A model generated the notes under the pieces. The model saw nothing but the letters and a program-made list of their open reading frames with translations. It made no database searches and was not told where the DNA came from. This document shows positions 38,901-52,590 of a stretch of 64,000 bases of DNA, piece after piece (position 1 is the stretch's first letter; each line of letters begins with the position of its first letter). Origin of the DNA: Daphnia carinata (lineage: Eukaryota); contig NC_081333.1 in NCBI RefSeq assembly GCF_022539665.2, forward strand, positions 8,122,001-8,186,000. Reading direction: 5' to 3'. The position numbers were made by a program, and so were the translations under genes.

Positions 38901-41900
38901 GAATCTTCCTATACCAAAGTTAGCCTGGATAGAATGGGTATTTCCCTTGAACTCGGGCGAGATTTTGTGTGGAAGGCAACTTGCGAGAATGTTTCCATCG
39001 GCCAATGGCAAAAGCGGATGGAAAACACTAGCAGGTAGCCGGAACAGAGAAAAAGGGAAGCAACCACCACCTGTTTTTTTTAACTCCTCCCTTTCCCTTC
39101 ATTTGGGTGTACCTGTCCAAGGCCCCACCTTAACGGAAGACAGCTGTCATTGGTTCTCTACTTTTCGTCCAATCCCAAATAATAAAAAGAAATAAATTGT
39201 TCCAAGAAGAAATTCAAATCAAAATGATACAAGTAAGGCAGGGGAAGGAGGGAAAAAAAAATATGAAAAGACTCTAGTAACGTGCGGCAGGGGGCAGCTG
39301 TATACACATAACAAGACGGGCCAGCCCGGCTGGCAAATCAATTATCAAGCGTGCGGCTGACAGTTTTTTTTTTGTTTTTCTCGCTCATATAATTCCACGG
39401 TTGATTAGTTCAACTCGTCCCTATCCTCGCAGCAGCTAGCCGAGGACTGTTTCACATACCACACTGCGTTAATTGAATGTTTATAGACGGAGCAGAGTGT
39501 CTCGCAACGGGACGCAAGCCCCAACGCATAAACGACACACACAGAAAGAAGCAAACGAAAGAAGGTCTGTTTTGGCATCCAGTCAAAATTGTTTCTATCC
39601 GTTTAAATAAAGGCGGGAATCGGACGTTTAAAACTTGAACGAAGTGGGAAAACGTTTTTAGCCGTTGGTGATTAAGAAAAACTAAGAAGATGAATACGAG
39701 AACCACCTTAAAAGAAAACGGAAAAAAGATTGGAGTAGAAATACGCGGTCCAGGGGACTGAGAGTTCCAGCGGAGAGGGGAGCGTGAGAAAATGACACAA
39801 GACCAAAAGAGTCGAGTTACACCTTTTTTTTTTTTTTTTTTTTTTGTCTTCCATTTTCTACTGAACAACAAACACAAACGAGAAGAAAAAGTCATTGGTG
39901 CTTTTTGCCACTGTGCTCCGATTTCTAACTGGGCCCATCATCATCATCATTTTACCACGGCGCACTTTACGTACGGGGCGATGAGAAACGAAAGAAAAAC
40001 AAACGTGGGGCATTTCAAAAACAAAATAAAGGGGAGGACAAAAAAAAAATGTTTCGTCTTTTTCCCTCCTTATTTATGTTTGTTACCATTGCTTAAGGGT
40101 TGCCAAGCGATAATAACAAATGGCCACAAAAAAAAAAGGGGGGAGACTAGGAATTAATAAGTGAAGATAAAAAACCAAACTCAAAGTCATCGCAAGATGA
40201 CTAGAAGCTGTAAAAATCGAATTCTACTAAAATTATTGTTTAGCTGGACTAAACTGGGGGTGGTGTAAAATAAGAAAACGGCATATCCAGTCAACTGTAA
40301 TAGAACGCCATTGTTTGAATTGATCAAGTGCTTTTGCTGGCTTCCCATCCGTTTGTTGTTGTCTTGAGCGTCAAGATCGCGCAGTTATACTACTACATCG
40401 TTTTACATCTGCGAATTGAATCAATTGAATCACATCCATATGAGGAGGAAGGAGAGAAGCTAATGCAAGGCGACAGGGCACCATCAAATCATCTCTTATT
40501 ACTCTTTATACATTCGCCCGACCCATCCCCCCCTTTGCCACCCGTCGCTTCTTTCCACGTCACATCAACGGTATAAATAGATATGCATGTATTTGTAACA
40601 TACACGTAACTCTGGCTGCAATAAAAACAAATAAAAATGTCTATACTCCCCAATGCGAGGAGAAACGAAAACTTCGCTCTCGTTCCTACGAAATAAATCG
40701 TACAATTTTATATATATTTCGCTCGAGGAAACGGTTTGTTGGTCTTTGGAGAGAGGGGATAAGCGTGAAAGAAAAAAAAAAGAGCTTTAAACTGTATTCA
40801 AAACGGACGGGGTAATAAACAGGGAAAAGACAAAAAGAAAAGAAAAGCTCGCAGATATACACAGAGCACTTGGAGATTGTGAGAGTGAGAGGTACTTGAG
40901 AGTTGAGCGTTTTTTACAACTCGAGCTCTTCAGGTCCCTCCCAACCACCCCCCCAGTTTGTGTTTTTATTTCGTTTTCTTTCAAGAATTTTTGTTTGAGA
41001 AAGAAAAGTCGTCGGACAGATGAAAGAGAAAGGATGTCGAGATTCAGTTTCCCATCGTCTCCCACGTAGTCGACAAAAACAGACGCAGCCACTCAACTTG
41101 CGAACGTATCCAAGCACAACATTACCCCACGTGAAGGTTACAAGGTACAACGGCGCATTTGCCCGAAACATCCAACCGCGTCGAAAGACGATGACCTTTC
41201 ATATTTTTTTTTTTTTTTTTTGTATAATGGTGAGATGAGAAGGATTGCAGAAATGAATTTATACACCCGTAAGATTCATTGCAACATCCCGTCATCGTTG
41301 CTCGTCATCAAAAAAGAAAAAGAAAAAAGAAAACTCGACAGGAAATCAAATCAAAACAGGAATCCGGTCTTGATACGGGGCGACGGGGATCTGTTAAAAA
41401 AAAAAAAATGAGATACCCACCCCATCTAGCGGCCGTTAGGGACACCAACATTCGTTTTTTTTTATCAAATAGTGAGCAGTACTCAATCTCATTATTTTAA
41501 CAACATCGACGACGTAATGTAGCAAATTTACATTTCTTCCATTGCTATCAGAATCGTCTAGGCAGTTAAGATTCCGCCTGACTACAATAGTCAAATACAT
41601 TATCGGCTTTGTTTTTTTTTTGCCCTTTCTCTAGAGGTTCAAACAGTATTTCACAACACAAGTAGACTAAAATAATAAAAACAAATGTTATATAGGTAGA
41701 CGCCGTCGCAAACTGCTGGTGGAGTGTGTTTATATCTATTTGGGTGGGGCCTGTATTGTCGTTGAAGAAGGAAACGAGACACGGGCCGTTTTTCTTCCCC
41801 TTTGTTTAAACTTAGTCCTCCCCCGTAAGTCTTCGCATCCTTTCTTCCCTCCGCGTTGCCACTGGTTTTATGACTCTGCAAAAGGGCTTCACCGATTGGT

Positions 41901-44900
41901 TAGGAAACAATAGCCCGAATAGAGCAAAAAAAAAAAAAAAAGACCCTCCTGATTTAACGGTCAAGGTGCAGACCTTATTCCATCCCATCGCGCACACAAA
42001 AGAGTCCCAATTTTTTTTTTTTTTTGTTCTATTCAAAAAAAAAAAAAAAATATGGATCGTAAAAAAAGGAAACAGAAAAAACTCGCCGACCGGAACAATT
42101 TATGATTATGATTTTCTGTCACCAAGCTATGTAGCAATAAAAAAAAAAGAGAGAGAGGGAGAAGAATAAGAATAAAAATAGAAATCCCCCCCCCCTTTTT
42201 CATCCACCTCGTTCTCCCCTCTTCACGTACGCTCCTCCCTCTCGTTGCTCCCTGTTGTGCTCACCGCCGCCGTCAGCTTGGCGCCAAGGGATGGAACCTG
42301 TCTACTACCGTTACTGTATACTACTATACAACCGGTTTCCGCCTGTATACCTACTACGCCCCACCAACCCCTATATACGAAGAGCAAGAGAGAGAGAGAG
42401 ACATGTGTGTTTCCTTTGTTCTCTTTTTTTTTCCGTTCCAGTACGAGCCCAGTTGGAAGATTAGACGGACCAATCCGGTGAGAAGGGTACGTGCCGTTTA
42501 CGGGTTGCCTTTTATCACGGACTCTACACCTGTGTGGTTCGCTCACAGGTAGATGGGCTTTCCTCATTGGACGAACTCGCACTTGTTCGCCACACCCCTC
42601 TAAGGTCTTGACTTATCCCTAAACAGGTGCCAGCTACCTTTCCTTTTTCTTTTTTGGTAAGCTTCCAATCCGGATGGATTCATTCGAACTGTCATGCAAC
42701 GGCATCTTGAATGTTTGGCAATCATTTGAAAAACGAGATGAAGAAGGAGAGCAGGTGAATGTCAGTTGCGGCTGTCAGAGACGGGATTCCATCGACTAGC
42801 GATGGCGTAGGTTTAAATGAGAAAAAGAAAAAACGGAACAGCAAAAGTTTGGCATCTTCAAGTGGTTTTTCTTTTTCGCTTTCTCTGGTTCGAACTGGAG
42901 AGACAACTGAAGAAGCGGTGGGTGTAAATAGAAGGCGGAGGGAAATACATATATAAAATAAGGCGCTTGCACTATGTATAACGAGACTGGGAGCCACTTG
43001 AAGGGCGCGAGATGAGCGCGCTCGCAGTCAGCAACAGCTGCCAAGAAGATAAAGTTCCCGTGTGAAAATGGGCCCCAATGTTTTTGCTGTTGCCCTCATT
43101 TTTTTTTTTTTTTACAACCCTGTACGGCTGTGGAAAATGAACGACACAGAAGGACAGGAAGACGCACAAGATATCAATGTAAACGCTTCTAATCAAATCC
43201 AGCCAGTCGCCTTAACAAAAATGAGACCAACAATTTTCGATAAAACTTGTGTGGTCTTGAAAGGTCTGACGATGACATCACTTCAAAAATAAAAAGTCTG
43301 GACAAGTTCAAAACGAAAAAAAAAAAAAAACATCACCGGACATTTCGACCGGTTTGACCTACAAAACGATGCAGAAACGATGACCAAGAACATCTAGAGT
43401 CTACCTCCCCCACAGTGATGAGTATAAACAACAAGCAGTAAAAAGAAAAAGGGAACAGAGGAACGAAGATGCTGCGAGACGGTAGACTCCCTCCCCTCTC
43501 TGTCATCCGATATCCACCAGCACATCTTGATTTCATTTTCTAGAGAATAACTCAAAGAAAACAAAAAAGAAATGTCGCCCTCATTTTTCTCTTTTTTTTC
43601 CAGCGGTTAGAAAAAAAAAGAAAGAAAGAAAAACGGTCAATTTTTAGACAAACAGCTGGACGCGCGATTTAATGTCCCCGAAAAGAAAAAATTAGGAAAA
43701 ATTTTATTGACATCCTGTTGTTGATTTCGAGTTTAGTGGAATGGAAGAGGAAAAAATTCTACAAAGTCATTGGCTCTGCTCTCCGTCGTGAGTGTTCCGT
43801 GCGGGAGAAAGAGATAAGATTGATCACGGATGCCGGATCTCCCCCCCCCCCCCCCGTTGTGCCATCGAGCCACCGTTGCCTATAATTCTCTCTGCATCAT
43901 CAAGTGCGTGCCCTGATATATATAAAAAAAAAAGATGGGGGGAACAGACGGGAGGTGGCAAGATGCAGGGAAACAAAAAAGCGGCAAACTGCATCGTGAG
44001 CGCGTTCGATCCGTTCGTGATGCATCGTCGTCATTTCCTTTCCATGCCATCCCCCCACTTTCGATCTTTTTATTCCTGACGATTGTACTACACTACCTCT
44101 TTTTTTCCCCTTCCTTTTCACACCATCCGGCACCTTCATATATAATCAAATGTAGCGGCGGCGGTAACTTACATAACCAAACAAGGGAAATTTGGAACGA
44201 TAAGATTTCGAAGGGAGAGAGATGAGGGGGGGGGGGTGTTAGAAGAAATAAATCCTGTCGACTCTCAGGTCTAAATTTTTTTTTTTACTTCAATTGGATT
44301 TATATTTTCAACTTTAGAAAAATCGTGATGGATGATCGGTTTATGGAAGACAGCATCTCACTCTATCGCGCCTTTAAGAAAAGGGAGGGACATTATATAA
44401 TAAATAGAACGAGAAATAGAAAAAGACCAAGAGAATAAATCAAATCCGGCTGCGAGCTCAAGAGTTTTTAGGCCTCAGCAGGGCGGGGCGGCCATAGAAC
44501 AACGATGGACGGAATACATTTCCAGCGCCAAAAAAAAAGGACACCAGAGAGCATTATAACGCAAAGGAAGGGGTACCAAAAAAAGTAAAATAAAATAAGA
44601 GCTGTGGCCCACTTGATGGATGGTGGATCATTTCCAATTCAATCCGAGAATGAATCACACAGTAGAGCATAACGAAACATGCTCCGCACAAAAAAGTGAG
44701 AGATAGAAAATCGGAAGAGACTACGCTTTCAACGAGTTGGCTTAAACCGGAACTTCCGCAACACTGTATACATATAGAGTATTTTTCTTTTTGTTTAAAA
44801 AAAAAAGGAAAATCAGCAAGCGTCCCGACAACACGCGATCAACAAAAGAAACTATACGGAGATGGATCGACTCGAATCGTCAACTCAGCGAATCCCCCCC

Positions 44901-47900
44901 CCCCCAGAAAAAGAAAGCAAAAATGTACCTAACTTTGTGACTCGATCTATTTTGAACAAATTACGATTAGAAATTCCGAAAACAAAAGAAAAATTCTCGA
45001 AGCACCCCCCCCCCCATGAAAATCGATTTAGATAAACGGCAAAACAATTGTCGTTAATTAAGATCCCTCCTGTGAAAAACTCGTTACAAGAGCCATTAAG
45101 TTATATTACAGAGAAACCTCCAAATTTAAATATAAACGCCATTTTCTGCATTTCCTCACACCAAAATAAACGCGAAAAAAAAAATTTAAACAAGAGAATA
45201 GGAGAGAAGCGGTTCTTTCATCAAAGAGGCTTATGCAACGCATATATAACGGGCCTTTATACTATACGCCACGGAGTACACACAAACGTCAGATTTCTTT
45301 TTTTTTTTTTCGAGTAGACGAGACGAGGATTACGCACCTCTCTCTCGATCGGCCCATGAGGAGAGTCAATACCTTTTGAATTTTTCCCATCTCTCTTTAT
45401 TTTTTCTGTTTTGATTCTTTTAAAGCCGGACACAGCCAACCGACGCGGCAGTAAATAACCATAATCTCCCAACGTAGGATAGCTCACATATCGACAGCAG
45501 GTGCATTCATCGAACCTCTCTAGCGAAGACAAGAAGAACAGGATCGATACAACCCCCCCCCCCCGCTTTTTTCAAGTTCTTATTCGCCTATAACACACAG
45601 AATGCACATACTGTTCGGGTCCATATAAAGAGTGGACCATGAGAGACCAACTGTGCGGGGGCTTTTAAAACTAAGTCCGCAGAGCGCCCACGACCTCGAC
45701 TTTGTTTGATGGTTAGGGTTGAAAAGGAAGGGCCTTTAGGACGATCCTTAAGCATCTCGCAGTCGCCCCTGCGTCTTGAACTGGCAATACCTATAATAGT
45801 GGAAACAGTTTCAGCGGCGCCCGCATATAGAGGCAGAAGTTTCGAATGGAGCCCCGCCGTTGGCCCCGGATGTGAAAACTTGACGAGGGGACTGGCCATT
45901 TGAGATTACAAGACCGGCGTTGGTTAGTAGTGGCTCATTAGCGATGCAAGTCATTGCGCAACCTGGGGGGCTTTTATCCAGAAGCCAAAATCATAAAGCG
46001 TCACATAGACAAGCTCCTGGCCGTCACCCCATGTCCGTTTCTCTCTCAGCACTTCTACGTACACGCACTCCATGTCGGATGCGGCTGATTTCGTTTCCTA
46101 GTTTGACATGTCATCCATCACGTGAACGTCAGCATTTTCCCTCAGTCTCTTCCTAAAGAACGGATCTTGCAATCTGATGAAAACGGACGCATGCCTCCAT
46201 TTAGACTGGGCCGCTTCAATGAACTCGACGAGTGGCCAGAAAACGAAAAAAGGAGAAAAAACTTTTTCTTTCTTCGGCCTTGCAAATTCAATCAAAGTAG
46301 GGGGAAGGGAAAAAAGGAGATAAACGTAAACGTTGGCTCGAGAAAAACAAAACAAAAGAGGAAAAATAAATTAAATGGAAGCTCTTAAGGGAGTTGACTG
46401 CCGTAGCTGAGGTATTTATAACAGGCCGGTTTGTCTGTAGACACACGCGCGGGCTGTTGTAACTACCGTCTAACACAATGATTGGGGAAAAAAGACGCTG
46501 GGAGGAGGGTCTTAAACGCGCGCAGGTGTTGCCATCCATCCGGAAAACGAACTGACTTCGGTCTGTTTTCGTTGCGTCGCACACGAGTCGTCAAAACTTG
46601 CAAAAAAAAAAAAGACTTTTTTTTTTGTTCTCAAAAGTACTGAAAAAAAAAAGAGAATCCAATCGAAACACGCACCGGTCGTTGGCAAACCGACCAAACG
46701 GACTGACAGAATTCTTTTAAGAGAAAGAAAAAAACAAACAAACAAACAAACAAACACGAATGTTTAGGTATCGACAAGGAAAACTCTTAATTGCCTATCT
46801 ATTTCTATTCACAAAATGCAAAGAAAAATCGTATCGAGTCGAAAAGAAAAAAGAGAATCGTGAAATGCGTCATTAAATGTAACGTGGAAGAATTGAATCG
46901 AAAGCCAACGTAATTAAAATGAGGTGTTGCTACGCGATCGGAGAAGGGACTTGAAAAAAAAAAGAGGAGCGCAATGAGATTTTTTTTAGCGGTAATGCGA
47001 CGTTAACGAGATCCGATCAGCGTTGAAAGTCGAGACACTAAATTTACACCCAATAAACTCATTCACACGGCAGGCAGACGTCGTTCTTCACTTCCTGTAG
47101 TCTCAGCTCAAGACCAATATATACAAGGACATCAACTCTCTTCGGCGTGTAACGACGCCCCTTTCTTTCGGCCGTGAACTTGAGACTCGGTCCAAAAAGG
47201 ATTCGGATCGTTTGTCAACCACAAGTTTCCTAATTCATTCTAAACGCAAGGTTTTTATTTTTATTTTTAGAAAATTCATCATTTAAAGGCGATCAGATTG
47301 AAATTAGTTAATCAAACAAATTGCGCATTGTATAGAGAGAAATGGCGTTATGAATCGAATGAGATCAACCGATGCAGAATCGCTGGGTTTAAAAATGGAT
47401 TGTCGATGTCGGCGAACAAGTCCAATCTTTCTTTTGCTTTTTGCTGAACACAATAAAAAACGAAATAAATAAAAACAAACAGGACGAATATATGGAAAGA
47501 GAGAACACGATGATGAAGAGACGTAGAAAGAGAAACGCCCCGTACACACAAACCCGTGGGTGCATTTCCCAATGTTCGTGTACACACACACACACACACA
47601 CGGGCAAAAGGACTCGTCTCTCGCTTGCTGCTGATTTCGTTGAGCATTTCGGGCACGTCTCCAGCTGTTCGTCCTTTTAACCCATCCCCGACTCCCCCAC
47701 CTTCTTCTCCTTTTCCTCTCTCTCTCTCTACATTTCTACTGTGCCAGCAATCCACCACCCCTCATCCGGCGGGAAGTAAAGAGTAATTCTGTTTGCTCTC
47801 GTTACACTTTCTACCCATTTCTCTCTCTCTTTCTCTGTCGATAAAAAAAAACTCCTCCCTTCCCTGTGGCTAGAAAGGTTTTTTTTTTCTTTAGAGGTAA

Positions 47901-50900
47901 GATCAATTCCATGCAGGTACAGCCGGAATTCCGTGCTTTTTGTCACACATAAAAAAAGTAAAAACTTTGCATTCGAAATGTAAAATCTAAGAGGGAAAAA
48001 AGTTCCTTCCTTTTTTTTTTTGGATAACATTTGCATATTACGTGATGGCAAGCAAACGACTATGGTAAAAAAGAAAGGACATTTCGTTCGCCTAATCGAC
48101 ATGGAAAATTCGCAATTTTTAATTAAAACTTTCGACTACGTACGAGCCGGAGGGGCAAAAAAAAAATATTAGATATATTTCCAAACCAAAGGGGAAGAAA
48201 ACACGAGAATATATAATAAGATCGGGACAGAGAGTCGGAAAAGAAAAGAAAAAATCCCATACATAGGTAGTCATCGTAACTCGATTGCTGTCAATCCTCA
48301 TCCGAGCGGGAACCTTTTTACACGATCCAGCGGCATTTGGCGTTCAGAGTAAGCGCCGCGGATGCTACACACACACACACACACACAGATCAAAAGAGAA
48401 CGAAGCGCTTTTTTTTCTTTTTCGTCTTCTTCTTCGGTGTGGATAGTAAAAAGGTAAGAGAGAAAAAAAGGGAGGGGATACGAGAAGAAGAACATCCGGA
48501 TGAGAGAGCCGCCAGTCAGCTGGAAGCTGGATCATCGGGCCCGCTCGCGCACACTCTTTGGCTTCTCTCTTTTCATCATCAAGCACCCTCTCGTGCGTCG
48601 ACCGTAACGACGACGACGACCACCACCACTCGAGGCCATCTGGCAGTTTCCCCCCTCTCACTGTCTTTCACTTTCTCCTCTTCCTTCCTGCCTTCCTATT
48701 TTTTTTTGTTTTGTTTTTACCTATTACGAAATCTTCGCATTCCAATGAACGTTATCGTCTTGACGAAGAAACAAAAATCATTTAAGGTATTTTAACTTGT
48801 CCCCATTGCGAATAAAATGCCAGTTGGAGCATGCCGGAACATGTCCATCCAAACGTCCAGTTACTTTTTTTTTTTTGAAATTCGTTCTCCATGAAGATGT
48901 GGATAAGAAAAAAAAAAGATGAGAGACAGAAGATGGCGGATAAGAAAAAAAAAGGGGGGGGGGGGGCTCAGTGTAACTATGCGAGGGTTAGAGAGCGTTC
49001 TATCGATTTTCCACCTTGTCTTGTGCAACGCCAGCTCATTATGCCCTTTCCCTGCCCACCCGCCCTTCCCCAGAAAAATGCCGGCTCCTTATCCCTCCCC
49101 CCTTCTCTCCATTCTCCTTCTTCTTTTGTTGTGTATAAGTGTGTACGCCATCTCGATGGTATAACCGTCTTTTTGGCTTGAGCCAAGAGGTCGGAACCCC
49201 TCTCTAACGTCTTACCTTGCCAATTTCCGCTCTGTCGTTCATTATACATCCTCCTCCTCCAACGCTTTTCGTCAGCAATAGAGGGGAGTTCATGACAGAT
49301 GTAGTTTTTTTTTTAATGTGGACGCGCATTGTTTTTTTTTTTTTTTTTGCACTCCTTAAAAAATGTTGCTTTAAAAAAAAAGAACTTTGGATCGATTGAA
49401 ATGTTTTCTTCTTCGCATCCCTTTTTTGTTTCTACTTAAATCGACTACGTACTCATCAAGTTGAACTCGCGAGACTTGTAGTTTTTCTCAAGCTGATTGA
49501 ATTGGTCCCGCCACTCGACGCTAACACCTCCCTCTAGTGATCAATTAAGAAAAAGCCACACAAACTACGTATGCGCAAGTTAAAACAACGGCTCGCCCAC
49601 CTTTCCCAACCGCCATCAAAGAACGGAATGCTCGTGTGTTGTTCCAAAGACTCGACAGGAGGAAATAGTTTGGACCAGTCGACAGACACGGAACGTATAA
49701 ATAGATCCCCGACTGTAAGAAAGTTTCCATTTTTTTTCTTTCTTGTTGGAGTCAGCAGCAAAGTGGCGGCTTCCTCTTCGCCGACATTCAATAAGGAAAT
49801 TGAAGACTTGGCCACCTTTTTTTTCTTAAGGAATACGACAGATGCAGACACAAGAGAAAAAAGGGGGAGGGTGCCGAATCATCGCAAAATGTGATGGAAA
49901 TGGGATTAGAACATTTTCTTTTTGTCTGTCCATTTCTTTCTTATTAAATCCAGCCGGAAGAGCGTGTCCAAATGGGAGATAGGGGGGGAGAGCAGGGGGG
50001 TATAGATTTCTGTTGGACGCACGACGAGTGATTGATGTGCTACTAGAATTGCGCAAGAGTTGTCGAATGGACAAGAAAATCAAATTAAAAGTGGAGAAAA
50101 GAAAATAAAAACAACAAGATCTGGAGAAGACGTTTCCCTGTGAGTGATGGGGCAATCGGGTAAAGGACATCCATCTCTTCACAGTTTCTACCTCTGCTCT
50201 TTTGAGGAAACAAGTCCAGAACGTTTTAAATCTCCCCCACAATTTGTTCTGAAAATTCTCCGAGACACTACGTCTAAGGTGTAGGCAATGGTACGTCGTC
50301 CGCGTTTTATGTTAATCACGACCCGTTTCCGAATAACAAACGAAAAACAACACACAGGCAAAGTTTCCCACCAGCGGGACTTGACTTGATCCAATTTTCT
50401 CTCACGAACAAAAAATAAAAAAGAGGTAGACAAGATGGGAAGAAGGAGGGGGTTTGCCTTTCCTCTTATATATTTATAGGTTAGGTGTGTAGCAAAGCGA
50501 ACCGCTCTTACACACCTCGGTGTTACACACAAAAGAGAAGAGTCGGGGGGTTCTGACTAAAGGAAAGGGAGAGTGTGGAAACTACCTCATACATTTTTGA
50601 TCAACGACCTGTCTGGAGTGATGTTTCCCCGGAGATTGACTTGACGACACCGACGCCTATCTATACACTTGCGCTACGTACACTGTACATTTCGTTCTCC
50701 TCACCTTTCCATACCAGTCTCTAAGGAGATATGACGACTACTGCAACGATGCCATTTACTTTCCAAAAAAAAATGAGAAGAAGTATAAAAAAAAAAGGGA
50801 GAAAACTTTAGCGAGCCACTCCCGGATGTGTAATCCAATCAACACACACACACGCACACTGTGTGGCACTTTACTACTACACAGAGTGTGTGTGTCTCTA

Positions 50901-52378
50901 TTCAACTCATTTTCACCGTTTTCCAATTGCGGGGGAAGCCACCAGGTACTATTTATATACCTGCTGATATATAACGTAGCTTTTAATTTTGAAAAAAAAA
51001 AAGAACGCTATCGCCATTTAAAATTGTTCTCAGTCCTGCTAGTCGAACCCCCTCAAAAAAAGAAGAAACAAAGAAAATGGAGGCAGGTCCAGTGGGCTGA
51101 CATGGAGGGGAAAGTAAACGAGGACCAGATGAGGCACCCAAGACACAAGAGATGGGGTAGACAAAGATGGCGACCAAGGCAGGAGAAGAAAAAAAAAATG
51201 GAGGAGGGACCGTGTGGTGTCCACCTGCGTCTCATTTATCACCGTGGAAACGGTGGTGGGGCTTCTTTTTTTCATGCTTCTCATAGACAAAAGCAGCAGT
51301 CTCTATCAGGATGCTCTACTCTAAAAGTTCTTTTCTTTTTTTTTACGACCCAACCTGCGCTCTGATTGGTCGACAGCTACAGACCGGACAAACAGTCGAC
51401 CAACCGTCATTTCCTTTTTCTTTAATGGTGGGAAGAATTCTTACGGTAGGCAAACGAAATGAGTCATTTAAAGAGAGAGGGGCAAAAAAAAAAAAAAAAA
51501 AAGAAAATGGCCGACATGATGTGCAAAACGTGGGTGGTGGCGAATAAATTCGCTAGGACAATGTTGTCGTCGAGGATTGAAATTACATGCGGTTCATTGT
51601 TTTCTTTTCATTGAACGTTACGTGTTTTGTTGTTCTCAAAACGATTGTTAACGATCGCACTAACACGGTGGTCCCCACCCCATATTTCCCAGCACGAAAT
51701 TCGACGCTTCTCAACGAACGAACGATTTTCAAATGAAAACACAAACCGATACAACAATGAAATTTTGGAAAAGAAAATGTGCGTTGCTTACCGTCAGGGG
51801 TGGGCACAAGACGGCGTGATCGTCCCTTCTTTCTCATTTCCACTTCCGCTTTTTTTTTGTGGTTGATCTCAAAGATCCGTTCCAAGTTCGACGTGGGGAT
51901 TTCTAGTCGTTGAAACACCGAAACTTTTTTTGTTGTTGTTGTTGGCGTATATTAAAAGGTCATAACACAAAAAACACCGAGTTCACTCTTGTTTCAGTTT
52001 CCACTGTGCAGTCGTTTGAGTGGACAAAATTCCAAATGTTTCTGCAATTAAAAGAAAGACAAAAAGAAAGCGTTAATAAACCAAAAATAAGGTTTGCAAT
52101 TTGAATGTCGACAGACGATGATGCAACGTTGATTACATCGAATCGGAAAAACAGATTGTGCCACGAGGGGAAAAAAGGCGCCAAAAAATTGGAAGTTTTT
52201 CGACAAACAAAATGAAAAAGCTTTTGAACAGATTTTTGTGAAGGTGAAAAACACTAGTTAGCAGAGAAGTTCTATTTTTAAAATCTAGAACGCACCTCAC
52301 ACACAAGCACTGAGAGACACGGCACAAACACACGCACACACACGTTAGAGAAAAAAAAACTTCACTGTTGAAACTCAC

Positions 52379-52590
52379 TGGCAACACACACGCGCAGGAG
52401 CACTACACAGACACACACAACTAGAATAGAGAAACTTTATTTTTTTTGTCAGTGTGTTTCTGTGCTTTGAATACGTGTTCTGCTTGCAGGTGAACAACTC
52501 GTTTGTGTGTCGATCGAAAAGCCACGTGAAGAACCGAAATTTCCTAGGCCACGTGAATTTCGACAAGATGGCCTCCTCACAAAGAACTGA
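52379..52590 (-). other. Candidate distal non-coding first exon and promoter of the long zfh1 transcript
   Basis: Consensus donor ca|GTGAGT at 52378 and an Inr TCAGTT at 52590-52585 on the minus strand. The 5' boundary and the link to zfh1 are inferred. Confidence 0.3.
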
